Below are positions 18,020 to 27,485 of a DNA stretch of 64,000 nt, in pieces. The notes under the pieces are model-generated. The model was not told where the DNA came from and searched no databases. It saw nothing but the letters and a program-made list of their open reading frames with translations. Positions within the stretch are counted from its first letter, which is position 1, and each line of letters opens with the position of its first letter. Origin of the DNA: Spirochaetia bacterium (lineage in GTDB: Bacteria > Spirochaetota > Spirochaetia > UBA9216); assembly GCA_965140585.1 (NCBI GenBank), contig OZ223267.1, positions 224,001 through 288,000 of the forward strand, written 5' to 3'. The translations under genes and the position numbers were made by a program.

Positions 18020-19082
18020 ACTTCTAAAATACATCCTGCTTGGCTATGTTTTTCTCTGCATAGTAATTGCCGGTCTTAATTTCGGGATGGCTCCGGGGAG
18101 CAGCAGTGAAGTCTCCGGTGTCATTGCACGTATCTGGCATATCTACGAGAATCAGTTTAAGACTGTAATGCTTATAATCTCGGCCTATCTTACTCTGCGG
18201 CTTCTGCGCAGGGAGCGGGACAGCAGAATGAGGCGGCAGAATCTTGCTGCAATTACAATATCCGCCGTGCTTCTTCATGTTGCCGGCCCGCTTATTGCCG
18301 GAACAGATGAACTTTACTTTTTCAGCATGCCTGTTCCCTGGTCATCGTATCCTCTTCAAATGCTGGCTGAAAGCTCGGCATTCAGGCAGAATTTTCTCAG
18401 CCATTGGGGGCTCTCATCATTGACTCCGGTTCTCATTTTCTCCGCGGCCTATACTCTGCTTCTTTTTGCAGCAACCCTTCTATTCGGGAGGCGGGTGCAA
18501 TGCAGTTTTATCTGCATGTTCAACGGCTTTGTAGCAGAAGTGTTTGCTCCGGTTTTCCCTGTTTTCGGAAAAAAAAGACAGCCGGGTAAAATGTACAGTT
18601 CCGAAATGGAGCGGGGGTTAATAATATTACGGGTACTGCTACTGCTGCTTTCACTGCTTTTCTGTATTTTCTGGATTATTGAGATTTTACATCCCGGTAA
18701 TGCATCAACAGCTTCCGTGGTCGGAAAGACAGAAACCTTTAAGTATCTTTTGATAGAGCTTTTTGCCGCTATGTTTTTCTGGCTTGTTTACAACGGCAGG
18801 GGGTACTGCAGGTACTGCCCTCTGGGGACTTTTCTCTCATTTCTTGCAAAAGCAGGCGGACAGAAAATATCAGCGCAATCCGGGTGCACCAAATGCGGAC
18901 GCTGTGATGCGTCCTGCCCGATGGGAATCAGCATCCGCGAGTATGCGAGCGAAGAAAGACCTGTGAAAAACCTTTCCTGTGTAGGCTGCGGTCACTGTGT
19001 CGACGCCTGCCCCGAAAATGTATTGAAATATTCAACAGCTTTTATCGAATATATCGGCAAAACCGGTTCAAAAGGTCTATAA
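17997..19082 (+). CDS. Polytopic membrane protein with 4Fe-4S ferredoxin domain (NapH/MauN/YccM-like)
   Basis: GRRVQCSFIC and YCRYCPLG motifs, plus two CxxCxxCxxxCP motifs. Confidence 0.85.
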   Translation: MMKKIESKLLKYILLGYVFLCIVIAGLNFGMAPGSSSEVSGVIARIWHIYENQFKTVMLIISAYLTLRLLRRERDSRMRRQNLAAITISAVLLHVAGPLIAGTDELYFFSMPVPWSSYPLQMLAESSAFRQNFLSHWGLSSLTPVLIFSAAYTLLLFAATLLFGRRVQCSFICMFNGFVAEVFAPVFPVFGKKRQPGKMYSSEMERGLIILRVLLLLLSLLFCIFWIIEILHPGNASTASVVGKTETFKYLLIELFAAMFFWLVYNGRGYCRYCPLGTFLSFLAKAGGQKISAQSGCTKCGRCDASCPMGISIREYASEERPVKNLSCVGCGHCVDACPENVLKYSTAFIEYIGKTGSKGL

Positions 19083-19092
19083 TTAGGTGGAT

Positions 19093-20067
19093 ATGCGAAA
19101 GACTTCTTATCTGTTTTTCCTTGAACCTGAAAACAATGCCCCTGAGATTCAGATCTTCCCGGGGCAGATGTACACGATTGGCCGTTCTCCTTCAAGTAAT
19201 ATTCTTCTTTCTGACAGCAATGTCTCACGAAGTCATGCAAAACTCGAGTTTATAAATGGAAACTTTTACCTCACCGATCTGGACAGTTTGAACGGAACAT
19301 TTGTGAACGATAAGAAGGTAAAAAAATCAGCTCTCAGCAGTCTGGACAAGCTGACCTTCGGGAAGGCCTCTTTTACTTTCTGGGTGAAACAGGAGTTTGA
19401 GAAGGGGACGGAACCTTCTCAGGACTCAGCTCCTGAAACAGGCAGTATAAATGCAAATACAATTAATGGTGAACTGGAAGAACTCATCTCAGAGGTCGCC
19501 GATCCGCTTCTGCAGCAGAAACTGAATATTATTAAGCAGAAGCTTTCAACAAGCAGGAAAAATTTAATGGTTATGGCGTTCAGGGATGAACTGACCGGAC
19601 TTTTTAATAGAAGATATTTTGATAAGGTTCTTGCACAGGAGCTCAAAAGGGCAAACCGCTACAGCCGTGATATGTCTCTAATCATGGTTGATATTGATCA
19701 TTTTAAAAAGTTCAACGACCGCTACGGCCATCAGAAGGGTGACTCTGTATTGAGAACGGTGAGTACAATAATGAGGGAAAACGTCCGCTCAACCGATATC
19801 GCATGCAGATACGGTGGTGAAGAGATTGCAGTTATCCTTCCGGAGCAGGATTTGAAGCATGCCTGTATGATAGCTGAAAAGCTGCGGATTAAACTTGAAT
19901 CTCTGGCAAGGGAGATTGAAGGCGTCTCTGTTACTGCAAGTTTCGGCGTCGGTTCGGCAGGCATAAATCAGTTGACCGCTAAAGAGCTGATAAAAAGAAC
20001 TGATACAGCGCTCTATTCCGCCAAGAACTCCGGACGGAACTGTACGCGCTGTATGAATGAAGGCTGA
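19093..20067 (+). CDS. FHA-domain diguanylate cyclase
   Basis: FHA motifs IGRS, VSRSHA and SLNGT. GGDEF domain with DIDHFKKFND, RxxD I-site (RSTD) and RYGGEEI. The start may be GTG 19087. Confidence 0.88.
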   Translation: MRKTSYLFFLEPENNAPEIQIFPGQMYTIGRSPSSNILLSDSNVSRSHAKLEFINGNFYLTDLDSLNGTFVNDKKVKKSALSSLDKLTFGKASFTFWVKQEFEKGTEPSQDSAPETGSINANTINGELEELISEVADPLLQQKLNIIKQKLSTSRKNLMVMAFRDELTGLFNRRYFDKVLAQELKRANRYSRDMSLIMVDIDHFKKFNDRYGHQKGDSVLRTVSTIMRENVRSTDIACRYGGEEIAVILPEQDLKHACMIAEKLRIKLESLAREIEGVSVTASFGVGSAGINQLTAKELIKRTDTALYSAKNSGRNCTRCMNEG

Positions 20068-20081
20068 TCCCTTCCCGGAAG

Positions 20082-21119
20082 CTACAGTGCAGGCTGCTGC
20101 TGGGTGACACAGTGAATTCCGCCGCCTCCATGGAATATTAAAGCTGCCTTCTCAAAGGGTACTATCTTCCGGTCGGGGAAGACTTCAGTGAATATTTCAA
20201 TAACTTCCTTATCAGTGTCTACTCCGAAAACAGGAAGAATCACTGCATTATTGGCAAAGTAGAAATTCATATAGCTTATCGCAAGTCTTCGATCTCCCTC
20301 ATACCGGGCAGGAGGCTGGGGAATCCTTATCACCTCAAGCCTTCTTCCCATAGCATCGGTACTGCTTTCAAGCACTCTTATATTTTCATGGAATGTACTG
20401 TAGTTAGGATCCGCGGGATCATCGCATGAAAGATGAAGTATTTTCCCCGGGGCGGCAAATGCTGTAATAACATCAATATGGCCTCCGGTCTCATCCTGAT
20501 CGTATCCTTCATCAAGCCAGATGACCTTTTCAGCTCCGAGGTATCTGCATAAAATTTCAGCAACATCGGCTTCGCTTTTTCCGGGATTCCGGTTCTCATT
20601 AAGAAGGGTGTTTCTGGTACAGAGTACTGTTCCTTCCCCGTCAACATGGATCGCTCCACCCTCATTGAAGATCGGGGCCTTGTAGCAGGGAATATCAAGA
20701 TTCCTGCAGAGATTCCCGGCAAGGTGCTTATCCCGATCCCAGCTGCAGTATTCCATGTCGCCCCATCCGTTGAACTTCCAGTCGGTTCCTGCAAGGCTTT
20801 TATCCGGGCTGACAAGGAAGCTGGGTAAAGTATCTCTTGCCCAGGCATCATTAAGATCCAGCGCGATAAACTCAATACCAGAACCACCGACCCGGCGTGC
20901 TTCTTCAAAAGACTGTACCGGGACAAGCATTTTCACCGGCTCATAATCCAGGATTGTCAGAGCAAGTTCTGCAATAACTATTTTAATTTCAGCATGCCTT
21001 CCGCGCCAGGCAATGTCATCATGCGGCCAGGCCATCCAGCAGCAGCTGTGACTTTCCCATTCGGCCGGCATCCTGAACCCGTCGTCTGCAGGCGTTAGTG
21101 TTTTTTCTATTTTAAACAT
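20082..21119 (-). CDS. aguA: Agmatine deiminase
   Basis: MPAEWE..WMAWP, WARD, FNGWG, EGGAIHVDGEGT, GHID and GGGIHCVTQQQP motifs. Confidence 0.93.
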   Translation of the reverse strand: MFKIEKTLTPADDGFRMPAEWESHSCCWMAWPHDDIAWRGRHAEIKIVIAELALTILDYEPVKMLVPVQSFEEARRVGGSGIEFIALDLNDAWARDTLPSFLVSPDKSLAGTDWKFNGWGDMEYCSWDRDKHLAGNLCRNLDIPCYKAPIFNEGGAIHVDGEGTVLCTRNTLLNENRNPGKSEADVAEILCRYLGAEKVIWLDEGYDQDETGGHIDVITAFAAPGKILHLSCDDPADPNYSTFHENIRVLESSTDAMGRRLEVIRIPQPPARYEGDRRLAISYMNFYFANNAVILPVFGVDTDKEVIEIFTEVFPDRKIVPFEKAALIFHGGGGIHCVTQQQPAL

Positions 21120-21120
21120 A

Positions 21121-21972
21121 TCAGTAGCTCATCAGCCTGGTGTAGTTTTCCGGCCGGCGGTCTCTCAGAAGACCCCATTCCGCCCGGTCCTGTTCAATCA
21201 GCTTTAAGTCAAAGGATGCGGTGAGGATGGTCTCTTCGGTTTTGTCAGCCCTTGCCTGGAACTCGGCCCTGGCACCGGCTATAAAGGATGAACCGTAAAA
21301 TGTCATCGTTACTCCGTCCTGGCTTTCGGTCCCTATTCTGTTAGCTGCCGTAAGCGGAACCATGTTGGCCCCGGCATGACCACGCTGGACTGTCTGCCAG
21401 TGTTCCGATGAATCCAGTTCCGGAGTTTCAGGTTCTGAGCCGATTGCAGTGGGGTAGAATAGAAGTTCAGCCCCCATCAGCGACATCGCGCGGGCAGCCT
21501 CCGGAAACCACTGATCCCAGCAGATTCCAACACCTATCCTTGCGTATGCTGTCTCCCAGACTTTCAGCCCCAGGTCTCCCGGCGAGAAGTAGAATTTCTC
21601 CTCGTAGCCGGGGCCCTGCGGAATATGATTTTTACGGTAAATGCCGAGAGTTTTTCCGTCTGCGTCAATTACAGCCACGGAGTTGAAATATGCCTTTCCG
21701 GCTTTTTCAAAAAAACTGATCGGAAGCACAACTTCTTTTTCCCTGGCCATTGCCTCAAAATCAGCCCTGCCGGGATGTTCCTCCCAGCTGAAAGCCCGCG
21801 CGAATTCGCGGCCTTTCTGTGTCTTGCAGAAGTAGGGGCCTTCGAAAAGTTCAGGCAGCAGAATTATCTGAGCTCCCTGTTCCGCAGCCTCTCCAATCTT
21901 CTTCAGAGCTTTTTTTCTGTTTTCTTCAGCTGATTCTGAACAGCTCATCTGTACAGCGGCAATTGTTACCAT
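21121..21972 (-). CDS. aguB: N-carbamoylputrescine amidase
   Basis: Nitrilase triad (PELF, YRKNHIP, ICWDQWFPE), GPGYEEKFYF, YPTAIGSEP. Confidence 0.93.
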   Translation of the reverse strand: MVTIAAVQMSCSESAEENRKKALKKIGEAAEQGAQIILLPELFEGPYFCKTQKGREFARAFSWEEHPGRADFEAMAREKEVVLPISFFEKAGKAYFNSVAVIDADGKTLGIYRKNHIPQGPGYEEKFYFSPGDLGLKVWETAYARIGVGICWDQWFPEAARAMSLMGAELLFYPTAIGSEPETPELDSSEHWQTVQRGHAGANMVPLTAANRIGTESQDGVTMTFYGSSFIAGARAEFQARADKTEETILTASFDLKLIEQDRAEWGLLRDRRPENYTRLMSY

Positions 21973-21997
21973 CGTTTTAATCCTTTACCCGTCAGTT

Positions 21998-23347
21998 TTA
22001 TTTGGCAAGTTCTTTGAGTGTATCATCGAGCCTGTTCAGAATCTCATCGAGAAGATTCATCGGAATATTCAATGCAGGTTCGATTCTTATAACCTTTGAG
22101 TTGTTCAGCGTACCGCTTGTCAGTACGTTTCTTTTGAAGAGTCCCGCAGCAACCTGGTATCCGATATCGCCGTCGGTGAATTCCATCCCAATCAGCAGTC
22201 CCTTACCTCTGACGTTTTTCAGGACTGAAGGATATTTTTCTTTCATCTTATTAAGTGCATCAATGGTATAAACACCCTTTTCTGCCGCCTGTGCCGGAGT
22301 ATCTTCCTCAAGCATTACTTCTATTCCTGCAAGGGCCGCTGCGCAGGCAATCGGGTTGCCTCCGGTTGTTGTGGTATGCATGAACGGGTTGGGTTCCATA
22401 CAGGACCAGATTTCCGGCGTTGAAAAGAATCCGCTGCAGGCCACAACACCGCCGCCAAGAGCCTTTCCGAAACACATGATGTCAGGTGCTGTGTCCCACA
22501 CATCGACTGCGAAGGTTTCACCAACACGTCCGAAACCGGTCTGAACCTCGTCAGCTATCAGGAGTACACCATACTTGTCGCAGATTTTTCTAAGCTTCGG
22601 CCAGAAATCATCAGGCGGAACGATTGCACCTGCTTCTCCCTGTACGGGTTCGGCGATAACGGCTGCTATTCCTTTTCCAACCTGAGTCGCTTTTTTCAGT
22701 TCCATCTCAACAGCATCTGCATCTCCGAAAGGTGCGTAATCAACATTACCAAGTAGCGGAAGCAGAGGTTCTCTAAACACCGATTTTCCCATTAATGAGA
22801 GTGAACCGGCTGTTTTACCGTGAAAACTGTTCAGCATAGATATAAAGCCCGGTTTTCCTGTATAAAGTTTTGCAAGTTTCATTGCACCTTCAACGGCTTC
22901 GGTTCCGCTGTTAGCGAAGAAACCGTACTGAATATCACCGGGTGTAAGGTTTGCCAATACACGTCCAAGCTGGGCCCGTACCGGATCCAGCATCTCCTGG
23001 CTGTACTGCGGAGAGCGTTCAAGCTGTGCTCTTACATTTGCAACAACCGTCGGGTGTGCTATCCCGAGGCTGTAAAGTCCGAAGCCTCCAAGGGCATCGA
23101 TAAATTCCCGGCCCATGACATCTTTTATAATTGAACCCTGTCCGGTCCATTCAGTAAGTGCAAAATCGCCCGCTATAGTCGCCGATTTCCTGTGTTCAAG
23201 AAAACCCTTGTTTATGTAGTCAGCGAAATTTTCCGTTGTCTTGGTTACTATTTCTTTTTTAATTTCTTCTGTTAAAGCTGTTTTTCCTGTAATGATGGAG
23301 TTCATCCATTTGGCTTCGCGTAAAGCCGCCTGTTTATCTCTGCTCAT
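21998..23347 (-). CDS. patA: Putrescine:2-oxoglutarate aminotransferase (class III PLP)
   Basis: NSGTEAVEGAMKLA, DEVQTGFGR, FGKALGGG, PFMHTTT, IRIEPAL; RBS AGGAG upstream of ATG 23347. Confidence 0.88.
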   Translation of the reverse strand: MSRDKQAALREAKWMNSIITGKTALTEEIKKEIVTKTTENFADYINKGFLEHRKSATIAGDFALTEWTGQGSIIKDVMGREFIDALGGFGLYSLGIAHPTVVANVRAQLERSPQYSQEMLDPVRAQLGRVLANLTPGDIQYGFFANSGTEAVEGAMKLAKLYTGKPGFISMLNSFHGKTAGSLSLMGKSVFREPLLPLLGNVDYAPFGDADAVEMELKKATQVGKGIAAVIAEPVQGEAGAIVPPDDFWPKLRKICDKYGVLLIADEVQTGFGRVGETFAVDVWDTAPDIMCFGKALGGGVVACSGFFSTPEIWSCMEPNPFMHTTTTGGNPIACAAALAGIEVMLEEDTPAQAAEKGVYTIDALNKMKEKYPSVLKNVRGKGLLIGMEFTDGDIGYQVAAGLFKRNVLTSGTLNNSKVIRIEPALNIPMNLLDEILNRLDDTLKELAK

Positions 23348-23408
23348 TTTGTAACTGTATCTCCTGTCTTTATTTAAAACATTTTGTAATAATCGAATAT
23401 ACTTCAAT

Positions 23409-23446
23409 AATAAGCCTTTAAAATCAGAATGATTTTAAGGCTTATT
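23409..23446. other. Intra-operon stem-loop after potD
   Basis: AATAAGCCTT(T)AAAATCA-GAA-TGATTTTAAGGCTTATT: a 17-bp stem with one bulge. Confidence 0.55.
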
Positions 23447-24509
23447 ACCGGGTCTTTATCATCTGCCAGAGTTCTGAATAGATCTGGTTGTTCTTTCCAA
23501 GGTCCTGAATGTACTGAAGTTTTTTCTGTGTTTCCTCATCAGGATAGATTGCAGGATTTTCAAGAGCTTCCGGATCGATCATCGGCAGTGATGCGGCGTT
23601 TGGTGTTGCAAAGTAAATATAGTTGGACAGTCTTGCTCCGATTTCAGGATCAAGAATGAACTGGATAAATTTGTTTGCAAGAGTCGGATTCGGAGCTTCG
23701 GCCGGTATACAGAGGCTGTCCATCCAGATTACCGTTCCTTCCCTGGGAACAATAAACCCGAAATCGGGGCTTTCGTCAACAGCAATCATTCCGTCCCCGT
23801 TGTAGGCCATTGCAATCTCTACGGTATCTGCCATAAGCTTGTTTCTTCCGCCTACATTGGCTTCAAATCCCTGAAAACCGGGGTTCTTCTTTGCCTTGAT
23901 AAGTACATCTGCAGCTTCCATGAGTTCATCCTTGTCGAGGGTGTTGATATCATAGCCTAGGTAGGCGAGGACTATACCAATCTGTTCACGTTCAGAATCC
24001 ATAAGAACAAAGGGGACGTCATCCGGATTTTCAAAGATAGCAGCCCAGCTGCTGTAATCGCTTACCGAAGTCTTATCGAAAACCATTCCGACGGTACCCC
24101 ACTGGTAGGCTGCAGAATAGACGTTGCCTTCATCGAAGGGCGGGCTGATGAAATGATCGCTTAAGTTGGATACGTTTGTTACAACGCTTTTATCCATCGG
24201 CTGTAGCAGCCCAAGTTCGATCAGGCTGACCATTATGTAGTCGGAAGGAACTACCAGGTCGTACTGGCTTACACCGCCTGCCTGCAGCTTTGCGAGCATT
24301 TCCTCGTTGGATTCGTAATAGTCGATTACAACTGTGCAGTCATACATTTCTTCAAAATCAGTGATGATTTCAGGATCCATGTATTCGGTCCAGATGTACA
24401 GGTGAAGTTCCTTGCTGTCCTTCGGAGCTTCCGATTCAGACTGTCCTCCGGCAAAAACCTGGGACATTACTACCGCGAGCATTACCAGTGCAAGCATCAG
24501 TTTTTTCAT
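23445..24509 (-). CDS. potD: Polyamine ABC transporter substrate-binding protein
   Basis: WTEYMDP, YESNEEM, YDLVVPSDY, YQWGT, WMD motifs; spirochaetal VFAGGQSE signal region. Confidence 0.88.
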   Translation of the reverse strand: MKKLMLALVMLAVVMSQVFAGGQSESEAPKDSKELHLYIWTEYMDPEIITDFEEMYDCTVVIDYYESNEEMLAKLQAGGVSQYDLVVPSDYIMVSLIELGLLQPMDKSVVTNVSNLSDHFISPPFDEGNVYSAAYQWGTVGMVFDKTSVSDYSSWAAIFENPDDVPFVLMDSEREQIGIVLAYLGYDINTLDKDELMEAADVLIKAKKNPGFQGFEANVGGRNKLMADTVEIAMAYNGDGMIAVDESPDFGFIVPREGTVIWMDSLCIPAEAPNPTLANKFIQFILDPEIGARLSNYIYFATPNAASLPMIDPEALENPAIYPDEETQKKLQYIQDLGKNNQIYSELWQMIKTR

Positions 24510-24554
24510 TCTATTCTCCTATTTATTTGTTGTTCTCTATATACGACAGCAATC

Positions 24555-25367
24555 CTAAAAAGCTATGGATGCTGTTTTCTCCGCTCCGATAATCTTCTGC
24601 ATTACCATTACAGAGGTAACCGTTATTGTCATAACCAGTGTCGAAAGTGCGTGTATTTCCGGTGTAACTCCGCGTCGTACCGATGCGTAAATAAACAGCG
24701 GCAGGGTTGTTGACTTCGGACCGGCTGTAAAAAAGCTGATTACAAAGTCGTCTAGGGACAGGGTGAATGCAAGCATTGTACCGGCCATAATACCAGGTCC
24801 AAGCATGGGCAGCAGAACCTTTCGAAGCATCCTCCCGTAGCCGGCGTAGAGATCATACGAGGCTTCCTCGATCTCTGTTCCAATCAGTTCAAGTCTGCTG
24901 TACACAGCCAGGGCAACAAAGGCAATCTGGAAGGTTACATGCCCTACAATCATCGTAGCAAGGCCCAGCTCAAACAGGCCTGTAAGCGCACGAATCGCCC
25001 CGAATGCAATAACAAGTGCAACCGCAAAAACTATATCCGGCGTAATCACCGGCAGGTGCATTACCATATCCAGACCGCGTTTCATTTTCCGCGGCCATGG
25101 ATATCTGTAGAGGCCGATGGCTGCGGCTGTCCCCAGTATTGTTGAAATGGCGGTAGATACCACTGCCAGAATAAGAGTGTTAACTGCAATCCTCAGAATA
25201 TATTCATTATGAAAAAGCTTCTGATACCATCCGAGGGTAAAGCCTCCCCATGTAAGGCCAATCTTGGAGGCATTAACCGAAAATACTGCTATTGAGAGCA
25301 TTGGAACATAAAGATAGAGTATGCAGATAATTGCCAGAAAAGAGATTATCCTGCTGTTTTTATTCAT
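24555..25367 (-). CDS. potC: Polyamine ABC transporter permease
   Basis: EEASYDL, AFTLSLDDF, TTLPLFIY, TPEIHA. Confidence 0.88.
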   Translation of the reverse strand: MNKNSRIISFLAIICILYLYVPMLSIAVFSVNASKIGLTWGGFTLGWYQKLFHNEYILRIAVNTLILAVVSTAISTILGTAAAIGLYRYPWPRKMKRGLDMVMHLPVITPDIVFAVALVIAFGAIRALTGLFELGLATMIVGHVTFQIAFVALAVYSRLELIGTEIEEASYDLYAGYGRMLRKVLLPMLGPGIMAGTMLAFTLSLDDFVISFFTAGPKSTTLPLFIYASVRRGVTPEIHALSTLVMTITVTSVMVMQKIIGAEKTASIAF

Positions 25368-26278
25368 TTTGATGCTCCCTCTGCCTTCATTTCATTTTTT
25401 CTGGTGAGAAAAAGAATAACCAGCGTCATTATCATCATTGTCAGGCTGACCATTGCGCCGAAAGGCCAGTCACGGCTTGTGCCGAACTGCTGCTGTATCA
25501 GGTTTCCGACCAGCATGTATTTTGCGCCGCTGAGCATATCTGGAACAACAAACATTCCCATTGCCGGGATTAGAGTAAGGGTTATTCCGACAGAAAGGCC
25601 CGGCATAGTCTGCGGCAGTATCCCGTGGCGGAATATCCTCCAGGGCCCGCCGTAAAGATCAGAAATCGCCTCAATAAGGCTCCAGTCCATTTTTTCCACT
25701 GATGCGTAGAGCGGCAGTGTTACAAAAGGAAGAAAAGTTGAAATCATTCCCAGGTATACGGCAAAGGCGCTGGGATAGAGCGCAGCTCCCTCCTTGATGA
25801 ACCCGAGTGCCGCAGCAAGTCTTGAAAGAGGCATCTGCGGCGCGAGAACCAGAAGCCATGCGTAGGTCCGTATTACCAGGTTTGTCCAGAAAGGCACAAG
25901 AAGAAGCGCCAGCCACATTCCCCGTTTCTTCTTCGGCTGAGTGGCAATGAAGATAGCAAGGGGGTAGGACATAACTGTGCACAGAAACGTGGTTACAACA
26001 GCTACCACAATGCTCCGCCAGATAATAAGGAGATTGTCAGCGGACCAGCCGAAAAAACTGAATCCGATCAGCCGTTTAACATTGGCAAAAGAAAATGTCC
26101 AGTCAACATCACCGTAAGTTCCGCGCTGGGCAAAACTCATAACGGCAAGCGACAGAATCGGTATTGTCAGAAAGATAACCACCCATACAAGGCCGGGGAT
26201 AAGAAAAAGGCTTCCCCTTGTAAGCATTTTTTTTCTGCTGTTCAGCTCTCCGTTGAAAACAATATGATCTTCATTCAT
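25364..26278 (-). CDS. potB: Polyamine ABC transporter permease
   Basis: PFWTNLVIRTYAW, LPLYASVEK, RDWPFG. Confidence 0.88.
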   Translation of the reverse strand: MNEDHIVFNGELNSRKKMLTRGSLFLIPGLVWVVIFLTIPILSLAVMSFAQRGTYGDVDWTFSFANVKRLIGFSFFGWSADNLLIIWRSIVVAVVTTFLCTVMSYPLAIFIATQPKKKRGMWLALLLVPFWTNLVIRTYAWLLVLAPQMPLSRLAAALGFIKEGAALYPSAFAVYLGMISTFLPFVTLPLYASVEKMDWSLIEAISDLYGGPWRIFRHGILPQTMPGLSVGITLTLIPAMGMFVVPDMLSGAKYMLVGNLIQQQFGTSRDWPFGAMVSLTMMIMTLVILFLTRKNEMKAEGASK

Positions 26279-27290
26279 AGAGTACCGCCAGAGATTCTTC
26301 TGGGAGCAGCAGATTAAGTCTGTCGCCCTTGTGGACTGACATATTTACCGAACTTTTTACCTGCAGTCCGTTATCCATGAGAAGCAGCTGTTCGGTTCCC
26401 CTGTATATGGCTGTTTCAACCTGAGCGCTTATTATATTGTCTCCTTTTCCGGGAACTATCTCTATATCTTCAGGCCTGATGCCTAATTTGCAGTCAATAA
26501 CAGGCATTTTCTGCCTTACTTTAAAATTTCCAAGAACTGTTTTTCCTGCATATTCGCCTTCGGGGGATGCATCAATAAAATTTTCCATTCCCAGAAAGTC
26601 AGCTACAAAGTGTGAACGCGGGGTAGAGTAGACTTCTCTTACATCACCCATCTGTGCAACAAGACCGTTTTTCATAACCGCCATCCGGTCTGAAACCGTC
26701 AAAGCTTCAGCCTGGTCATGGGTTACCATCAGAAAGGTCTTTCCCAGACGCTGCTGCAGCTGTCTCAGTTCAACCTGTACCTGGGTTCTGAGCTTCGCAT
26801 CAAGTGCCGACATAGGTTCATCAAGCAGAAGGAGTTCCGGTTCATTTACCAGGGCGCGCGCCAGAGCAACCCGCTGCTGCTGTCCTCCGGAAAGCTGTTT
26901 CGGCATGCGGTCTCCGTAGCCGTTTAACTGTACCATGTCGAGTATCTTTTTAGCCTTTTCGAGGGCTTCAGTTTTTGATATCTTTCTGGAAATAAGACCG
27001 AAACAGACATTGTCTATAACACTCATATGGGGAAAAAGGGCGTAGCTCTGGAATACCGTATTTACATGTCTTTTTTTTGCAGGGATCCCGGTAACAGGGC
27101 GGTCGTTCAGAATTATCACACCGTGATCAGGAAGTTCCAGCCCCGCTATGATCCTCAGTAAAGTTGTCTTTCCGCAGCCGGAGGGGCCGAGCAGGGTAAA
27201 GAATTCCCCGGCTTTTACTTCAATATCAACCCCTTTCAGGGCTTCTACATCCCCGAATCTTTTCTGTATTGCAAATGCTTTAAGACTCAT
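26271..27290 (-). CDS. potA: Polyamine ABC transporter ATPase
   Basis: GPSGCGKT, VFQSYALFPH, LSGGQQQR, LLLDEP. Confidence 0.9.
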   Translation of the reverse strand: MSLKAFAIQKRFGDVEALKGVDIEVKAGEFFTLLGPSGCGKTTLLRIIAGLELPDHGVIILNDRPVTGIPAKKRHVNTVFQSYALFPHMSVIDNVCFGLISRKISKTEALEKAKKILDMVQLNGYGDRMPKQLSGGQQQRVALARALVNEPELLLLDEPMSALDAKLRTQVQVELRQLQQRLGKTFLMVTHDQAEALTVSDRMAVMKNGLVAQMGDVREVYSTPRSHFVADFLGMENFIDASPEGEYAGKTVLGNFKVRQKMPVIDCKLGIRPEDIEIVPGKGDNIISAQVETAIYRGTEQLLLMDNGLQVKSSVNMSVHKGDRLNLLLPEESLAVLYE

Positions 27291-27325
27291 TAAGCACACC
27301 TTGGGTTATTTGTTGAAATAACAAC

Positions 27326-27342
27326 AGCAGAAGTTGTGCCAA
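27326..27342 (-). promoter_or_regulatory. Sigma54 (-24/-12) promoter of the pot-patA-aguBA operon
   Basis: Minus strand TTGGCACAACTTCTGCT, i.e. GG-N10-GC, about 35 nt upstream of potA. Confidence 0.75.
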
Positions 27343-27420
27343 GTTTCCGGGATTAAGGCTATGTGCGAAAAGACAATTAGTATAAATATTAATATATAAA
27401 GGAGTTATTTTTTTATATAA

Positions 27421-27468
27421 ACATACACGCATGAATGTATATATAAAAAATAAAAATACATTAATGTA
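27421..27468. promoter_or_regulatory. Candidate operators (TetR/AcrR-like sites or enhancer sites)
   Basis: Imperfect palindrome ACATACACGCATGAATGT (27421-27438) and perfect TACATTAATGTA (27457-27468). Confidence 0.5.
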
Positions 27469-27485
27469 AGAAGCTCTTTCCTGTC

